From: Bacillota bacterium
GTDB taxonomy: Bacteria; Bacillota; Ch66; Ch109
Reading direction: 5' to 3'
Length of the DNA stretch: 64,000 nt
Assembly: GCA_050952625.1 (NCBI GenBank)
Contig: JBMNLH010000001.1
Location: 448,001 to 512,000 of the forward strand
Numbering within the stretch: position 1 is the first letter of the stretch; every line of letters begins with the position of its first letter. The notes under the pieces are model-generated. The model made no database searches. It was not told where the DNA came from and saw only the letters and a program-made list of their open reading frames with translations. Shown piece after piece: positions 1 to 10,290 of this stretch. The translations under genes and the position numbers were made by a program.

Positions 1-765
1 ATGCCAAAAGTATTAATTATGCCTTGTCTGGATATTAAAGAAGGCCGAGTAGTTAAAGGGGTTCGTTTTATTGATCTGATTGATGCTGGCGATCCGGTAG
101 AGTGTGCTTCAGTGTACTGTCAACATGGAGCTGATGAACTGGCTTTTTTAGATATAACCGCGACTATCGAAAAGAGAAAAACAACCCTGAACGTAGTTGA
201 GCAGGTCGCCAAGGTGACCAGAGTCCCGTTTACGGTGGGTGGCGGAATTGGCTCGGTATCTGATGCAGAGGCAGTTTTAGCGGCTGGGGCGGATCGCGTC
301 TCAATTAGTAGTGCTGCTTTTAGGAAGCCGGCCTTGATTGAGGAGGCAGCTAAGCTTTTTGGCAGCCAGCGGGTGGTAGCAGCGATAGATGTTGACCGCA
401 ACCAAACTTTGCCGTCCGGCTATGAAGTATATATTGATGGCGGTAATACCGCGACCGGGAAAGACGCGATTGAATGGGCGCGGGAGGTGGAGGACCGGGG
501 AGCCGGGTATATCCTGCCAACAAGCAAGACCCGTGACGGTGCAAAAAATGGCTATGATATACCTTTAATTCAAGGACTTAAAGCCACGGTTAAGGTTCCG
601 GTCATTGCTTCCGGTGGGGCTGGCAAAATGGAGCACTTCCTGGAGGCAGCTCGGGATGGACGGGCGGATATTCTTTTAGCCGCCTCAGTTTTTCATTTCG
701 GGGAGATAAAGATAGGGGATTTGAAGCAGTATCTGGCTAGTAACGGAATTAATGTTAGTTTGTAA
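1..765 (+). CDS. hisF: Imidazole glycerol phosphate synthase cyclase subunit
   Basis: [44 protein letters not shown] and LAASVFHF motifs; 254 aa. Confidence 0.95.
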   Translation: MPKVLIMPCLDIKEGRVVKGVRFIDLIDAGDPVECASVYCQHGADELAFLDITATIEKRKTTLNVVEQVAKVTRVPFTVGGGIGSVSDAEAVLAAGADRVSISSAAFRKPALIEEAAKLFGSQRVVAAIDVDRNQTLPSGYEVYIDGGNTATGKDAIEWAREVEDRGAGYILPTSKTRDGAKNGYDIPLIQGLKATVKVPVIASGGAGKMEHFLEAARDGRADILLAASVFHFGEIKIGDLKQYLASNGINVSL

Positions 766-802
766 TATAGCTAATGGTCCCGACGCTATCGGGAGGGATT
801 AA

Positions 803-1606
803 ATGGCCGAACGCATTTTAATCGTTGATGATGAGATTCTTTTACTAAAAAGCTTACAGCGAACCTTTGAACAGGAAGGTTTTACGGTCGAGGTCTCTCA
901 ATCCGGCGACCAAGCCCTGGCAAGGCTAAAAAGCCAGGGGTTTGACCTGATTATTCTGGATCTAATGCTGCCGGGGGTTGATGGGCTGACGGTTTGCCGA
1001 GAAGTACGTCAGCAATCCGACACGCCCATAATTATGCTGACCGCCAAAGGGGATGACGTGGATAAGATTATTGGCCTGGAACTGGGGGCAGATGATTATT
1101 TAGTCAAGCCTTTCAACACCCGGGAATTATTGGCGCGCGCTCGAGCTGTGTTAAGAAGAACCGGCCGCCGCAGCCAAATAAACTCATTGTCTGACAGCTT
1201 GGTGAACCATGATCTCGACAGCAACCAGACGAGCAACGAGCATAAGGAACAGACTCCAGTTGGCGTTCGGACTAAACAACGGCTAACCAACGAACTACTA
1301 ATCAGAGATTGTGGACGACTGGTCATTGATTTGGCCCGGCGTCAGGTATTTTTTGAGGGTCGGGAGTGTGAAACGCTAACCAGTAAAGAGTTTGACTTGT
1401 TCGTCTTTCTGGCGGCTAATCCAGGCCGGGTCTATACCCGAGAACAGCTCCTGGATCAAGTATGGGGTTACGAGTATATTGGTGAACATCGCACAGTTGA
1501 CGTACACATTCGCCGGTTACGGGATAAGGTTGAGCCTGAATCCGGCAAACCCTACTATATCCGAACCAGGTGGGGAGTTGGTTATTACTTTGGGGTGGAA
1601 GATTAA
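803..1606 (+). CDS. OmpR/PhoB-family response regulator (with an unusually long interdomain linker)
   Basis: REC motifs ILIVDD, LDLMLPG, IIMLTAK, GADDYLVKPF; C-terminal winged helix RTVDVHIRRLR...RWGVGY. Confidence 0.95.
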   Translation: MAERILIVDDEILLLKSLQRTFEQEGFTVEVSQSGDQALARLKSQGFDLIILDLMLPGVDGLTVCREVRQQSDTPIIMLTAKGDDVDKIIGLELGADDYLVKPFNTRELLARARAVLRRTGRRSQINSLSDSLVNHDLDSNQTSNEHKEQTPVGVRTKQRLTNELLIRDCGRLVIDLARRQVFFEGRECETLTSKEFDLFVFLAANPGRVYTREQLLDQVWGYEYIGEHRTVDVHIRRLRDKVEPESGKPYYIRTRWGVGYYFGVED

Positions 1607-1638
1607 GCAAACTATGATTAGAGTTGGGTGGGAAATAA

Positions 1639-3051
1639 GTGCGATTAAGGCTGGGCTGGAAATTAGGGCTGACCTATATTCTGGTTGTCGTTATCGCTAT
1701 GTTAGCCTTTGGTTATCTTATTTTGCAGTATTTTGAACAGTCCTTTGTCCAGGAACGGAAAAATGCTCTTTATAGCCATGCTAATATTATTGCTAATCAA
1801 GCAGTTCCTTTGGTTCGCGAGGGTGAAGAGGGGCAACTGGCCTTTTTGGTCCGAGACTATGCTGGACGAATTGGTCATCGTTTAATACTACTTAACGCCG
1901 AAGGGAGAACAGTAGCTGATTCTGCCGGGGAGATGGATGGGGAACTGACTTCAATTTTCGAGGTTCGTCAGGCTTTGGCGGGAAAAAGCAGTGCCTCGGT
2001 CTACCACCTTACAGATTTTGGTCAGGTGCTGTACTTGACCGTACCGATAACTACAGGAAAGAACATTAGCGGGGTAGTCTTTCTGGCGGCTGATGTTAAC
2101 GATATCTTTGCCCAGTTAGGAATGATCAGATTACGCTTGATCTGGATAGGTTTAATCAGTAGTGGCCTAACCTTACTGGTCAGTTTGCTGTTGGCCCGGA
2201 TTGTGACCGTTCCGGTTGAAAGGCTGAGTACCGGGGTACAGAGAATGGCTGCCGGGGAATACGGATATCGGATCGAGGTAAAAGGTAATGATGAACTAAG
2301 TGAACTTGGCCAAGCGTTTAATGAAATGAGCCAGAAGATAAAAGAGGAAGACGAGGTCCGTAAGCAATTTATCGCCAACGCCTCGCATGAATTGCGTTCA
2401 CCCTTGGCCTCGCTGCGGGCTTCCTTGGAGTCATTTATTATTCAACGACCTGGGACCATGGAGGAATTATTCAGCCTCCTGCCTGAGCTTAACCAGGAAT
2501 TGAAAAGGCTAAGCGAGTTAGTAGACGATCTGCTCCTCCTGAGTAAGATTAAGAGCAATCGAGGAAGCCTGCAATTAGAAAACATCTCGGTAAGAGAAAT
2601 TCTAGAGGAGGTTCGAAAAAAGGTTCAGCCATTGGCGCAGAAAAGGAAGGTTGATTTGGTGATCGAAGGGCCAGGCGGGCTTTACTGGTTCTTGGATGGA
2701 GAAAAGGTTTACCGAGTGGTGTATAACCTAGCGGATAATGCAGTCAAATACTCACCCCCTCTGACTACTGTGATTATCCGATATTATCCTAAAGAGGACC
2801 ATCTAGTTCTAGAGGTAATTGATCAGGGCCAAGGTATTCCCCCTGAGGAGCGTACAAAGGTGTTTGAACGCTTCTATCGGCTTGGCCGAGCCCGGGATCG
2901 GAAGACCGGGGGAACTGGTTTAGGCTTGGCGATAGTCAAGGAAATTGTCGATTTACATGGGGGGCAAGTTGCTGTTAAAGAGAATTCTGACCGAGGCACT
3001 TGTTTATCGGTAGTATTCCCGTCGAATGATACAGAAGACCACTATATTTAA
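1639..3051 (+). CDS. HAMP-domain sensor histidine kinase
   Basis: Two TM segments, HAMP, H-box ASHELRSPL, N-box NLADNAVKY, G boxes DQGQGI and GGTGLGLAI. Confidence 0.95.
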   Translation: MRLRLGWKLGLTYILVVVIAMLAFGYLILQYFEQSFVQERKNALYSHANIIANQAVPLVREGEEGQLAFLVRDYAGRIGHRLILLNAEGRTVADSAGEMDGELTSIFEVRQALAGKSSASVYHLTDFGQVLYLTVPITTGKNISGVVFLAADVNDIFAQLGMIRLRLIWIGLISSGLTLLVSLLLARIVTVPVERLSTGVQRMAAGEYGYRIEVKGNDELSELGQAFNEMSQKIKEEDEVRKQFIANASHELRSPLASLRASLESFIIQRPGTMEELFSLLPELNQELKRLSELVDDLLLLSKIKSNRGSLQLENISVREILEEVRKKVQPLAQKRKVDLVIEGPGGLYWFLDGEKVYRVVYNLADNAVKYSPPLTTVIIRYYPKEDHLVLEVIDQGQGIPPEERTKVFERFYRLGRARDRKTGGTGLGLAIVKEIVDLHGGQVAVKENSDRGTCLSVVFPSNDTEDHYI

Positions 3052-3100
3052 TAATTTAGTAATAATTCGTCATCCCTTTGTAATAATCTGATTTTATAAT
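3049..3100 (+). promoter_or_regulatory. Candidate OmpR-type direct-repeat operator plus -10 box upstream of the GerMN lipoprotein gene
   Basis: TAATAAT at 3049, 3060 and 3081 (about 11-bp periodicity), then TATAAT at 3095-3100. Confidence 0.4.
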
Positions 3101-3145
3101 GTAATCGAGTACAATTAAATAAGCAACACTATCAAAACGAGGAGG

Positions 3146-3817
3146 TTGATGAAAATGAAACCTGGTCCGGTAAAACAATTTGGCCTCAGGCGGGTATTGA
3201 AAAGTGTTTTATTCCTAGGGGTAATCCTGATGCTGGTATTAGCGGCCGGTTGTTCTGGTGATCCTTCTGCCCAGGATAAACAAACTGGGAATATGCAGGG
3301 CGGGGCTGCAGACCCGGTAACCGCGGTTGATCCAAAACCGAACAGTGAAGAAGTTACTCTAAATCTTTATTTTGCGGATGATCAGGCCATGAACCTGGTT
3401 TTAGAACAGAGAACTGTGCCTAGTGAAGGCAAGTCCCTTGGGGTATTGATGATTGAGGAATTAATTAAGGGCCCTCAAAAAGCTGGTCTACACCCAACTA
3501 TTCCGTCGGAGGCAAAACTTCTTTCGCTCGAATTGGCCGATGGCGTTGCTTACGTCAATTTTTCTAAGGAAATGCAGACGAAACACTGGGGCGGCTCGAC
3601 CGGAGAATTGATTACGGTTTATTCAATCGTTTACACCTTGGCTGAGTTACCAGAAGTCGACCGCGTTCAATTTCTAATTGAAGGAAAGAAACAGGAGGCA
3701 ATCTGGGGTCATCTTGATACCATGGAGCCGGTTGATTCTAAAGAGACCGGTCACGGCCTGGGGTTGATCAAAAACCCGCCTCCAGAAGATTTACCGAGCC
3801 AGGAAAAAGCCCAATAG
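3146..3817 (+). CDS. GerMN-domain lipoprotein
   Basis: Lipobox LAAGC; LYFAD, EELIKGP, AYVNFS, SIVYTL...VQFLIEG are typical of GerMN; RBS GAGGAGG. Confidence 0.88.
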   Translation: MMKMKPGPVKQFGLRRVLKSVLFLGVILMLVLAAGCSGDPSAQDKQTGNMQGGAADPVTAVDPKPNSEEVTLNLYFADDQAMNLVLEQRTVPSEGKSLGVLMIEELIKGPQKAGLHPTIPSEAKLLSLELADGVAYVNFSKEMQTKHWGGSTGELITVYSIVYTLAELPEVDRVQFLIEGKKQEAIWGHLDTMEPVDSKETGHGLGLIKNPPPEDLPSQEKAQ

Positions 3818-3855
3818 CGTGATTTATGTATGAGAAAAACACGGAGAACCCGGTT

Positions 3856-4170
3856 TTAATCCGGGTTCTCAATGTTTGTTTGCTGAATGGTAATCTGCAG
3901 GGTATTTAACTGAGGCCGGGAAAAGTTTATAGCTTGCACTTCCGCAAAGGAAAGGGTAGTTACTCTCGCCGGGTTATCCTCAGCCCAATAGAATTCAAGG
4001 ACCAAATTTTCAGGATTCTCTATTATTTCGACATAGTTGGCAGCGCAATCGACCGTTCCGCGCTCGAATATAATCTTAATGTGATAATCTTCTTTCAGAT
4101 TGATCGAATAGATCGGGTTAATTCGGACTAATTCTATTCCTTCATCAGCCGTAATAGTAGTGGCTGTCAT
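3856..4170 (-). CDS. Hypothetical protein
   Basis: ORF with GGGGAG RBS before ATG at 4170; no recognised motif. Confidence 0.6.
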   Translation of the reverse strand: MTATTITADEGIELVRINPIYSINLKEDYHIKIIFERGTVDCAANYVEIIENPENLVLEFYWAEDNPARVTTLSFAEVQAINFSRPQLNTLQITIQQTNIENPD

Positions 4171-4398
4171 GAACAACTCCCCCAATCAACAAGTTAATTT
4201 CAGTCTAGAATATTCTTGAGGAAGTATTAAGTTGAAGGAAATCGCTAGAAACTAAGATAATTAAATACTTTTGGGGTTTTCGATTAAATTCTCATTGTTT
4301 ATAGTAATCGTTGTTCGGTTGTTTTGCCCAATAGGTAGCTTCAAATGGATATTATATTTTTGGGTTTATCTAATTAATCGGTATATTTCTTTAAAGCG

Positions 4399-4635
4399 TT
4401 AATAGTTTTTAATTCTTTTCACTTCTTTAGCCCAGGAAATACGATGGCAGGCCGGACACCGTAAGAGTTTCATATTGGGCGGTCTTTTTGGGCTTATTCG
4501 ATTGGTTAACCAGGATATCTCAAAAATAGTGTTACAATGATCACATTTCCAATCATAAGTCCATTTATTGTGGTTAAACAACAGATATAAACCGGCTAAT
4601 AATAGGATTAATAAAAACCAGTGCATAGTGTGCAA
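4399..4635 (-). CDS. Small membrane-anchored zinc-ribbon protein
   Basis: N-terminal hydrophobic helix, CDHC and CPAC pairs, GAGGAGG RBS. Confidence 0.7.
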   Translation of the reverse strand: MHTMHWFLLILLLAGLYLLFNHNKWTYDWKCDHCNTIFEISWLTNRISPKRPPNMKLLRCPACHRISWAKEVKRIKNY

Positions 4636-4801
4636 TACCTCCTCTATTCAGTATAGCATATTGCCAATAACTGAAGGTAATTTAAAAATTGAATTCACTA
4701 TACAATTTGTTTACAATAATAATTTCGGAATATATAATGACTTATTAGAGGAATGAAAAATATACTGATCACAGCAAACTGAGTAGGAGAGCAAGACGGA
4801 A

Positions 4802-5722
4802 ATGAAAATCTATCGAAGTATTCTTGAGATTGTCGGCAACACGCCAATAGTATCTCTTAATAAGGTGACGAATGGCTGTTCAGCAGATATTTACGCGAAA
4901 TTGGAAATGTTTAATCCGAGCGGGAGTGCTAAAGCCCGAGCTGCTCTAGGCATGATCGAAGATGCCGAACAAAAAGGGATTATTCGACCGGGAGAGACAA
5001 CCATTATTGAACCAACCAGCGGCAATCAGGGGATTGGCCTGGCCATGGTCGGAGCAGTCAAAGGCTATCGGGTTATTGTCGTCATGCCAGATACCATGAG
5101 CAAGGAACGTCAGGATTTGGTTAAGGCTTATGGGGCTGAGGTTGTATTGAGCAAAGGGGAAGAAGATATCCAGGGAGCAGTTAACTTAGCGAATGAGCTA
5201 CTACGGCAATATGCTAATTCCTGGATGCCTAATCAGTTTGGCAATCCAGCCAACCCTGATTTTCATGCTCAAACCACGGCCCAAGAGATTTTGGGGCAAA
5301 TGGATGAAGTCGATGCTTATATCGCCGGGGTTGGCACTGGCGGGACCTTAACCGGGGTAGCCCGGGTGCTAAAGAAGAAATTCCCGGCAATTCAGGTCTT
5401 TGCTGTAGAACCCAAACAATCAGCCGTCATTTCCGGCAATCCCCCGGGGAGTCACCGAATTCAGGGAATCGGCGATGGGTTCATTCCCGAAAACCTGGAC
5501 ATGAGTGTGGTCGATGGCGCGCTCGCTGTTGACGAGAATGAAGCGATTGACATGACCCGCCGGCTAGCGATGGAGGAAGGCATATTAGCCGGGATTTCCA
5601 GCGGGGCTGCAGTAGTGGCTGCGATAAAGGTCGGCCAGATACTAGGCCAAGGAAAAAAGGTTCTGACTTTACTGCCGGATACCGGGGAAAGGTATTTGAG
5701 TACCCGAATCTTCGAGCGATAG
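4802..5722 (+). CDS. cysK: Cysteine synthase A
   Basis: GNTP, KLEMFNPSGSAKAR (PLP Lys), EPTSGNQG, GVGTGGT, IQGIG, PDTGERYLST. Confidence 0.93.
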   Translation: MKIYRSILEIVGNTPIVSLNKVTNGCSADIYAKLEMFNPSGSAKARAALGMIEDAEQKGIIRPGETTIIEPTSGNQGIGLAMVGAVKGYRVIVVMPDTMSKERQDLVKAYGAEVVLSKGEEDIQGAVNLANELLRQYANSWMPNQFGNPANPDFHAQTTAQEILGQMDEVDAYIAGVGTGGTLTGVARVLKKKFPAIQVFAVEPKQSAVISGNPPGSHRIQGIGDGFIPENLDMSVVDGALAVDENEAIDMTRRLAMEEGILAGISSGAAVVAAIKVGQILGQGKKVLTLLPDTGERYLSTRIFER

Positions 5723-5741
5723 TGATTTGACTGATTTTTAT

Positions 5742-5853
5742 CCGAGTCTAAAAAAACCCGACTGCTATGAGCGGGGGTACCTTGTTCAAACTTCAGGTGG
5801 AGGAAAAGTCTCCACCTGAAGCCCCGATGTTCAGCAAAGCTGGACGAGTTCAC
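5742..5853 (+). mobile_element. Non-autonomous IS200/IS605-like palindromic element, copy 1
   Basis: Similar to 7465-7647(-) and 20951-21061(+); internal hairpins CTTCAGGTGGAG..CTCCACCTGAAG and GTTCAGCAAAGCTGGAC; ends in TTCAC; preceded by TTTAT. Confidence 0.7.
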
Positions 5854-5857
5854 TAGT

Positions 5858-5974
5858 TTAGCAACTAAACCGTCGGCAGAAGCAGCACTGAATTACCAAT
5901 AAAATGGCGATACAAAAAGCCAGATTATTGAAACAACCTCCGCCGAAGAATCCGCCGCCTTGAATATCTGTCAC
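5858..5974 (-). CDS. 38-aa Gly/Cys-rich hydrophobic small protein (sporulation-type small membrane peptide-like); not in the ORF track
   Basis: AGGAGGG RBS, GTG start; MTDIQGGGFFGGGCFNNLAFCIAILLVIQCCFCRRFSC*. Confidence 0.65.
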   Translation of the reverse strand: MTDIQGGGFFGGGCFNNLAFCIAILLVIQCCFCRRFSC

Positions 5975-6208
5975 TTAACATCCCTCCTGTTTTTCTTGGT
6001 AGCTGTTTTTTTAATATATAGTATTGAGGCACTAGCTAAAGTGTGAAGATTTCTATTATTAATTTTTAAAAAGTGAATAATGGATAACATGAAGTTTATT
6101 ATCCCTATACCTATTATTTTCATTTTTACTAGCTGGTTAAATTAGGGGCTTCCTATGATCACCCCGGATTGAGTACAATAAAGATGATGGATTGGGTCGA
6201 GGAGGACG

Positions 6209-6895
6209 ATGGATCAATTGAGTAGGACTCTAGTTGTCGGCGACATTCATGGCTGTTATACTCTCTTGGTTAAAGCTCTCAAACAAGCAAATTACCAACC
6301 AGGTTTGGACCGTCTGATCTTCCTGGGTGACTACATTGATCGGGGATATGAGTCGGCGAAGGTGGTGAAGCTGGTCAAAGAATTGGTGACTGAGGGTGCG
6401 ATTGCCCTGATGGGCAACCACGAGCAGATGCTGTTAGATACTATTAGAAATTGGGAAGAAAAGAGAGATTACTGGTTTTTGAACGGGGGAAAGCAGACCC
6501 TCCTGAGTTATGGTGTGGAATTATCAAAAGTAAGAGAAGAGGAGGCGGTTAAGCAGGCGGTTCCCCGCGAACACCTTGATTTTTTCCAATCACTTCCCTT
6601 GTATTTAGAAGACGATGAATATATTTATTGTCATGCTGGAATCAGACCCGGGGTACCGCTGGAAAAGCAAACCAGGGATGACCTGCTGTGGATTCGGGAG
6701 AGCTTTTTAACTTCGCCCTATCAGGGCAAGACTATTATCTTCGGGCACACGCCAACTATGTTGATTGATGGGCACGGGATAGCTGAGGTTTACCGACGCG
6801 AGAATAAGATCGGTATTGATACCGGGGCTTATTTTTCAGGAATGCTTACGGTATTGCAACTGTCTTCAAATACATACCACAGAAAGAGCGCCTAG
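6209..6895 (+). CDS. Calcineurin-like metallophosphoesterase (Ser/Thr protein phosphatase family)
   Basis: GDIHG, GDYIDRG, GNHE, HAG, FGHTP, IDTG motifs. Confidence 0.92.
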   Translation: MDQLSRTLVVGDIHGCYTLLVKALKQANYQPGLDRLIFLGDYIDRGYESAKVVKLVKELVTEGAIALMGNHEQMLLDTIRNWEEKRDYWFLNGGKQTLLSYGVELSKVREEEAVKQAVPREHLDFFQSLPLYLEDDEYIYCHAGIRPGVPLEKQTRDDLLWIRESFLTSPYQGKTIIFGHTPTMLIDGHGIAEVYRRENKIGIDTGAYFSGMLTVLQLSSNTYHRKSA

Positions 6896-6986
6896 TCACA
6901 TTTGTCATTGCCGTTTTGGAAGACAATGCTTATTCCTGCCGTCCCACTGAACTGGATTGTTGTGGATCGGAAAGGGGGCAAATCAA

Positions 6987-7424
6987 ATGATTTGGCGCGA
7001 TACTTTTTTTACCTTTGTTGACCTTAATCAGAATCAGCCCACATCAGTTAGTGAATTTAATCGGATTGTGACTTCTAAGCGAAATCGGGTGTTGGCCGCA
7101 GTAAAAGTCGAATATCAGGAGGAGAATGAAACTTATCTAACTTATTGTCTGATCCTGAAACCTTTATTTGAGTCCCTCAATTTTAACGGAACGACTAATG
7201 CGGTTGTTTATTATATTGGAGCCAAAGGCGCGGAGACATCGAGTTTCAACGAGCAAATCATGAAAATTATCACCCAAACCCAGGTCAAACTGGTCGAGGC
7301 TTTACCTGATCCTCCCCGCACCTCGCGCGAAAAACTGCTAACACCCTGGGTGGGGACGCTCAACAAAAATCAGTGGCACCAATTCTTAGAGAGAAAAATT
7401 AAGGAATTGAGAGAACAACTGTAA
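6987..7424 (+). CDS. Hypothetical protein
   Basis: ORF with AAAGGGGG RBS before ATG at 6987. Confidence 0.65.
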   Translation: MIWRDTFFTFVDLNQNQPTSVSEFNRIVTSKRNRVLAAVKVEYQEENETYLTYCLILKPLFESLNFNGTTNAVVYYIGAKGAETSSFNEQIMKIITQTQVKLVEALPDPPRTSREKLLTPWVGTLNKNQWHQFLERKIKELREQL

Positions 7425-7464
7425 CAGCCACGGGGACGGTTCTTGTGGCCGGTTTAACTCTAAA

Positions 7465-7647
7465 GTGAACTCGTTCAGCTTCGCTGAACATCGAGGCTTC
7501 CAGATGGTAACTCTACTCCACCTGAAGTTTAATTAAAGAAAACTTGGCTTACGCCAAGCCTTTGGCGCAGGCGGAAGCTCTAGTTGCACATACTTATAAT
7601 TAGATTATGCAAGGTAACCCCCACTTATAGAAGTGGGGGTCTTTTAA
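7465..7647 (-). mobile_element. Non-autonomous IS200/IS605-like palindromic element, copy 2 (longer form)
   Basis: Reverse complement carries the CCCCCACTTCTATAAGTGGGGG hairpin, an extra ~75-bp internal segment with its own hairpin, GTTCAGCGAAGCTGAAC and a TTCAC end. Confidence 0.7.
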
Positions 7648-7954
7648 TGACCACGGGGACTTGGTTTTGGCAAGTAACCAGGGGCGGTTAACCCGAGAAT
7701 AAGACATCAACTTCGGCTGCCTTCTGAGCAGAGCGAAAAGCCCATCTTCAGGTTGACTAATGTCGATGAAACTACCTTTGGTTCAGCAAAAAACCAGAGA
7801 TTCTTGTCCTTCAGGCTGATTAATGTCGACGTAACTATAGCAGTTGAACAATGAAAAATGTTAACAACTCCGGGATAGGTCGTGAAAAGAATACAAAAAC
7901 TAAACCTTGGAATTCTAAGAACAGTGACACCTTGTCAAAGGAGGTTTGAAGTAA

Positions 7955-10186
7955 ATGCGGCATACGGTCAGGATTCATTATGATAATAAGAAGGAATTTG
8001 TCGAGCCGTTAATGTGGGTCTGGGTGAGCGATGGAGCCACTTTGGAAAGGGAGATTACCCCTTCGGGCCAGGATGATTTTGGGGTCTACTATGATCTGAA
8101 CTATAATCGGAGCAGTTTTCATTTTCGTTTTAAGGATGGTCAGGGAGTGGGAGCGATTTGGGAAGATGAATCCCTGAATCGTTACTACAGCCAACATCTG
8201 GGCCCAGAAATCTGGTCCATGGCGGACCGGCACAATCTTTATCCAGTCCGGCCAGCTGAACCAGTGGGTAATGTCCGAGCCTATTATGATGAAATCAAAC
8301 ACCTGATTCTCAAGGATAATTTTTATTTTCCTCAAACAGACGTCAGCGGTCTCGGTATTCCCTCCATGCTGGGAGCAAATCTGTTAGCCGACGGCTCAAT
8401 TCTGTTTGGGTTTTTTCATCCTCGGGCGGCCCGGGTCTATTTGACCGGAACGTTTAATGATTTTCAGTGCCCCGGCCACTCGAACCCTGAGCCCGATAAA
8501 TTTATTGAAATGAAGTTGTACCGGGGCTTTTACTACCAGCCGAACATCTGGCTAGCCCGCATTGTTCCGCCTGAGCCAGGGACCCGGATTGAGTATAAGT
8601 TTTATGTGCAAGGGGGGTTAGGGGGAGGAGTCACGGAGAAGTATGTGACCGACCCTTATACCCGGGTGTTCAGCGATGACTTCCTGCACCGTAACTCGGT
8701 TGTGGTCGATCCAACACGTTTTTCCTGGACTGATTCGAAGTGGCAAACGCCCCCGGTTCAGGACCTGATTCTTTATGAACTTAACATCTATGGCTTTACC
8801 GATAATGACCCGGACATCCCAGATGAACATCAGGGTACTTTTAAGGGAGTCACTCATCGCATTCGCCACGGTTATTTTAATGACTTAGGCGTAACCGTGA
8901 TCGCCTTGATGCCCACTGCCGAGGTCCCCCAAAAAAGGGGCCTAGGCTATGAACCTTGTACTTTTATGGCCGTAGAAAAGGATTTCGGCACCCCGGATGA
9001 TTTTCGGGAAATGGTCAATGAGGCCCATAACCATGGCCTGGCGGTCATTATTGATCAGGTTTTTAATCACACCTCCAATGACTTTAACCCACTGTGGGAC
9101 CTGATTGATGACCAGTCAGGCGAGGGTGGTTTTTATTTTGCCGGAAAAACCATGTGGGGCAATAAGGTAGCCACCGGTAAGGACGAGGTTGACAATATGC
9201 TGGTTGATTCCTGCAAATTGTTTATTAAGGAATACCATATTGATGGATTCCGCTTTGATGCCACGCATAGTTTCTTTCTCAATCATAAGCTGCTGCACCG
9301 GGTGGCGCATGAAATTAAGGATACCGGTTTTAAACCGGATGCGATCCTGATTGCCGAGAATCTGCCGAATGAACCGGATCTTAACTTAGAGGGCTATAAC
9401 GGATATGCTCAATGGTCAAATATCTTCCATGATAAGATCAAGGCCCTGTTACGGGAGGGACGTTTTGAAGGAGCCGATAACTCACCCGCCAATTTAGGAA
9501 CAGCTTTTTATTTCGGCAAAGACAGTTTTGCGGCCCATACCAATAATGTCATTAATTACTGCGAAAGCCATGATGAAAACAGTGTCCAATTTGAAGTAGC
9601 CACCGGCGGGCCGCATCTGCAAGATCAACAAATAAAAAACCGCAAGGCTAGATTAGGCATGCTTTCAACGGTCGTCGCCCTGGGTCAGCCGATGATTTAT
9701 ATGGGGCAAGAATACGGCGTGGAACGGGAACGCAATCGAATCGATGTGGATTGGCTTAAACATGATGAAACCAGCCAGTTTTACCAATGGACCAAGGGAT
9801 TATTTCATCTGCGCCGGCGTTATCCGGGATTAAAACTAAACGGTTATAACCCGGCAGACGAGGGTTTGTTCACCTGGGTCATCGGGCCGTGGCTGGGAGA
9901 TAACCGGGGTGGGGGCCACCGGGTGATCGGCTGGCGAACCCATGATCAGGGAGATCCCTGGGAGAGGATTCTGGTCCTGCTAAACTTCGAGGGTAAAGAT
10001 ATGACGGTCGATCTGGACCTTAACCCCGGCCGCTGGATTAAGCTAGCGGATATTGAGCAGGTAAACGACATTCCACCAATCGGCAGCAAAGGGCTGAATG
10101 ACTGGGACAACCTGAATACAGACGGACAATTCCAAAACTTTGTTCTGCCGCCTTATAGTGGATTTATTTACAAATACGAACCCTAA
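7955..10186 (+). CDS. GH13 alpha-amylase family protein with CBM48-like domain (branching enzyme/pullulanase-like)
   Basis: DPY, LILYELNI, DQVFNH, DGFRFDATH (nucleophile), LIAENLP, YCESHDE. Confidence 0.88.
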   Translation: MRHTVRIHYDNKKEFVEPLMWVWVSDGATLEREITPSGQDDFGVYYDLNYNRSSFHFRFKDGQGVGAIWEDESLNRYYSQHLGPEIWSMADRHNLYPVRPAEPVGNVRAYYDEIKHLILKDNFYFPQTDVSGLGIPSMLGANLLADGSILFGFFHPRAARVYLTGTFNDFQCPGHSNPEPDKFIEMKLYRGFYYQPNIWLARIVPPEPGTRIEYKFYVQGGLGGGVTEKYVTDPYTRVFSDDFLHRNSVVVDPTRFSWTDSKWQTPPVQDLILYELNIYGFTDNDPDIPDEHQGTFKGVTHRIRHGYFNDLGVTVIALMPTAEVPQKRGLGYEPCTFMAVEKDFGTPDDFREMVNEAHNHGLAVIIDQVFNHTSNDFNPLWDLIDDQSGEGGFYFAGKTMWGNKVATGKDEVDNMLVDSCKLFIKEYHIDGFRFDATHSFFLNHKLLHRVAHEIKDTGFKPDAILIAENLPNEPDLNLEGYNGYAQWSNIFHDKIKALLREGRFEGADNSPANLGTAFYFGKDSFAAHTNNVINYCESHDENSVQFEVATGGPHLQDQQIKNRKARLGMLSTVVALGQPMIYMGQEYGVERERNRIDVDWLKHDETSQFYQWTKGLFHLRRRYPGLKLNGYNPADEGLFTWVIGPWLGDNRGGGHRVIGWRTHDQGDPWERILVLLNFEGKDMTVDLDLNPGRWIKLADIEQVNDIPPIGSKGLNDWDNLNTDGQFQNFVLPPYSGFIYKYEP

Positions 10187-10290
10187 ATCTGGTCAGCCTG
10201 TTTTCAGTTTAGCCGCATACCGTTAAGCAATCCTAGGAGAAAATGAAAATACGACTGAGTAAACCACCAACGTCGTTGAGGAGGAGTCTT

